A DNA stretch of 7,733 bases from Octopus sinensis (Eukaryota): contig NW_021828760.1 of NCBI RefSeq assembly GCF_006345805.1, forward strand, positions 1 to 7,733, given 5' to 3'. The notes under the pieces were generated by a model. That model was not told where the DNA came from. It made no database searches and saw only the letters and a program-made list of their open reading frames with translations. This document shows, piece after piece, positions 6,313 through 7,733 of the stretch. The position numbers and the translations under genes were made by a program. The stretch's first letter is position 1. Every line of letters starts with the position of its first letter.

Positions 6313-6600
6313 ACACAATTTACATAAAGAGTAGCCTCCAAAATTGTAAATATAAATGGTAAAGACCCATTTTAGTAGAGACTCAGGCTGTCCTCTTTTT
6401 CTGTAGATTCTGGAGACGCCACGAAGGCTAGTTTCCCTGTGTAATATAGTTCCTTCTGTCTACATCGTATAACCTTCGTAAAACAGCAGCAGTCCGTCCG
6501 TTCACCTTGATATTGCCTTATCGTCTGAATTCTTCAACCGATTCGGCAGTTGACTTCCTTCCCCCCCCCCTTCACAGACAGCAAGACAAAAGACGAGAAG

Positions 6601-6640
6601 AAAATAAAATAAATAAATAATAAATAAATAAATAAATAAA
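6601..6640 (+). repeat. (AAAT)n microsatellite
   Basis: aaaataaaataaataaataataaataaataaataaataaa. Confidence 0.9.
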
Positions 6641-6799
6641 GCGGAAGAAAAATAAGGCGGCCATATTTGTAGTTACAGCAGTTACAATAGGATGTACGTT
6701 AGCGACAGCAGCTACCAGAAATGCATAATGGAATACAAATACGACTGTCATAATAACTGCGACACACGCATGGGCGGACTGTAATAAATAAATGCTACT

Positions 6800-6930
6800 G
6801 ACACACACGGACACACACGGACACACAGTCACACACACACACAGATACACAAAAACACACACACATACACAAGCGCTCCCCCCTCTCTCTCCCTCTCACT
6901 CTTTCGCTTTCTCTCTCTTTTCCTTCTTTC
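6800..6930 (+). repeat. (CA)-rich then (CT)-rich compound microsatellite
   Basis: Imperfect ACAC runs (6800-6870), then CTCT/CTTT runs (to ~6930). Confidence 0.85.
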
Positions 6931-7437
6931 ACGCGCGCACACACATACACGTCATAAGCAAATGTAAAACCCAGCACTGCTGACTGACTGACAATAAATA
7001 ATATCACATATCCAGATATCCAAGCGTAAAGGTTTCGTATATCACAAAATATGCATTAACAAATATACAGTTTTATGGATGCGTTCATATTACATAAAAT
7101 TATACGCACTCCCAACCTACCCCCCACCACACACACACACACATACACATATATACATATATATGTTATATATATGCTTGTATATCTATATCTATCTGTA
7201 CATATACATCCATACATATATATATATTATAAATTTATATATTTACGTGTGTGCATGATATACATTTTATCCTTCATATGAATACTATTAGTACGGATGT
7301 GTGTTTGCAAGGGGGTTATGATGTTCTAACCTGTCCTTGCTTCGTTTTACACGGTGAATTTGTGGACTGTTTTACTGACCATGGGACCTCATTGAAAATA
7401 TTTTCGTGAAGTGTATCGCATCAAGGATAAAATACCG

Positions 7438-7441
7438 TATA

Positions 7442-7472
<31 letters not shown>

Positions 7473-7490
7473 TATTATATATATATATAT

Positions 7491-7531
<41 letters not shown>
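7438..7531. repeat. Degenerate (TA)n tract
   Basis: Read directly from the sequence. Confidence 0.95.
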
Positions 7532-7733
7532 GAGGCTGTGAGTGCGAGCGAGAGGGTAGAAAGAGAGAAATATAGAGAGAGAATTACAAATATTCACGCT
7601 CATTAAAAGAATATTCCCTAAAATACACTGCAATAACCAGTCAAAAGAATCCGAGAGGTTGATCTAAATAACAACTGATCCGTTATTAGATCGGATCACA
7701 TGGCAAGTTCAGGGTTAAATAGCTGCTTCCAGA

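Noticed and set aside
6388-6560. Exon after the strong acceptor ctgtcctctttttctgtAG (6406)
   Set aside because: All three frames stop within ~22 codons and there is no clear donor. A non-coding or terminal exon cannot be supported without RNA data.
5454-7281. Remaining track ORFs (5454..5642 through 7075..7281)
   Set aside because: They are translations of SINE, (GATA)n, (TA)n, (CA)n and (GA)n repeats.

Overview
AT-rich, microsatellite-dense eukaryotic DNA, most likely intergenic or intronic. The SINEs look like coleoid cephalopod (Octopus-like) families; this is from recall, not a database search. No host gene can be supported, and most ORF-track entries are simple-repeat artefacts. The main feature is a 5'-truncated Penelope-like retroelement (PLE) on the + strand (~3795-5454). 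It contains the end of the RT thumb region, a ~135-codon Asn-rich linker with three frameshifts, a stop-free 152-codon Cys-linker/GIY-YIG endonuclease frame (4301-4759, longer than the ORF track shows), a ~570-nt 3' UTR and a type I hammerhead ribozyme with an unusually long stem II (5333-5425). It ends in (TA)n. Its 5' end abuts an ~86-bp tandem array (3050-3794) with an internal inversion. A second, minimal hammerhead on the - strand (2469-2503) marks another PLE 3' end. A possible third, decayed hammerhead (2113-2169) faces it across a (TATC)n/(TA)n tract. The window also holds three tRNA-derived SINE copies or fragments and one Tigger/pogo-like transposon end.
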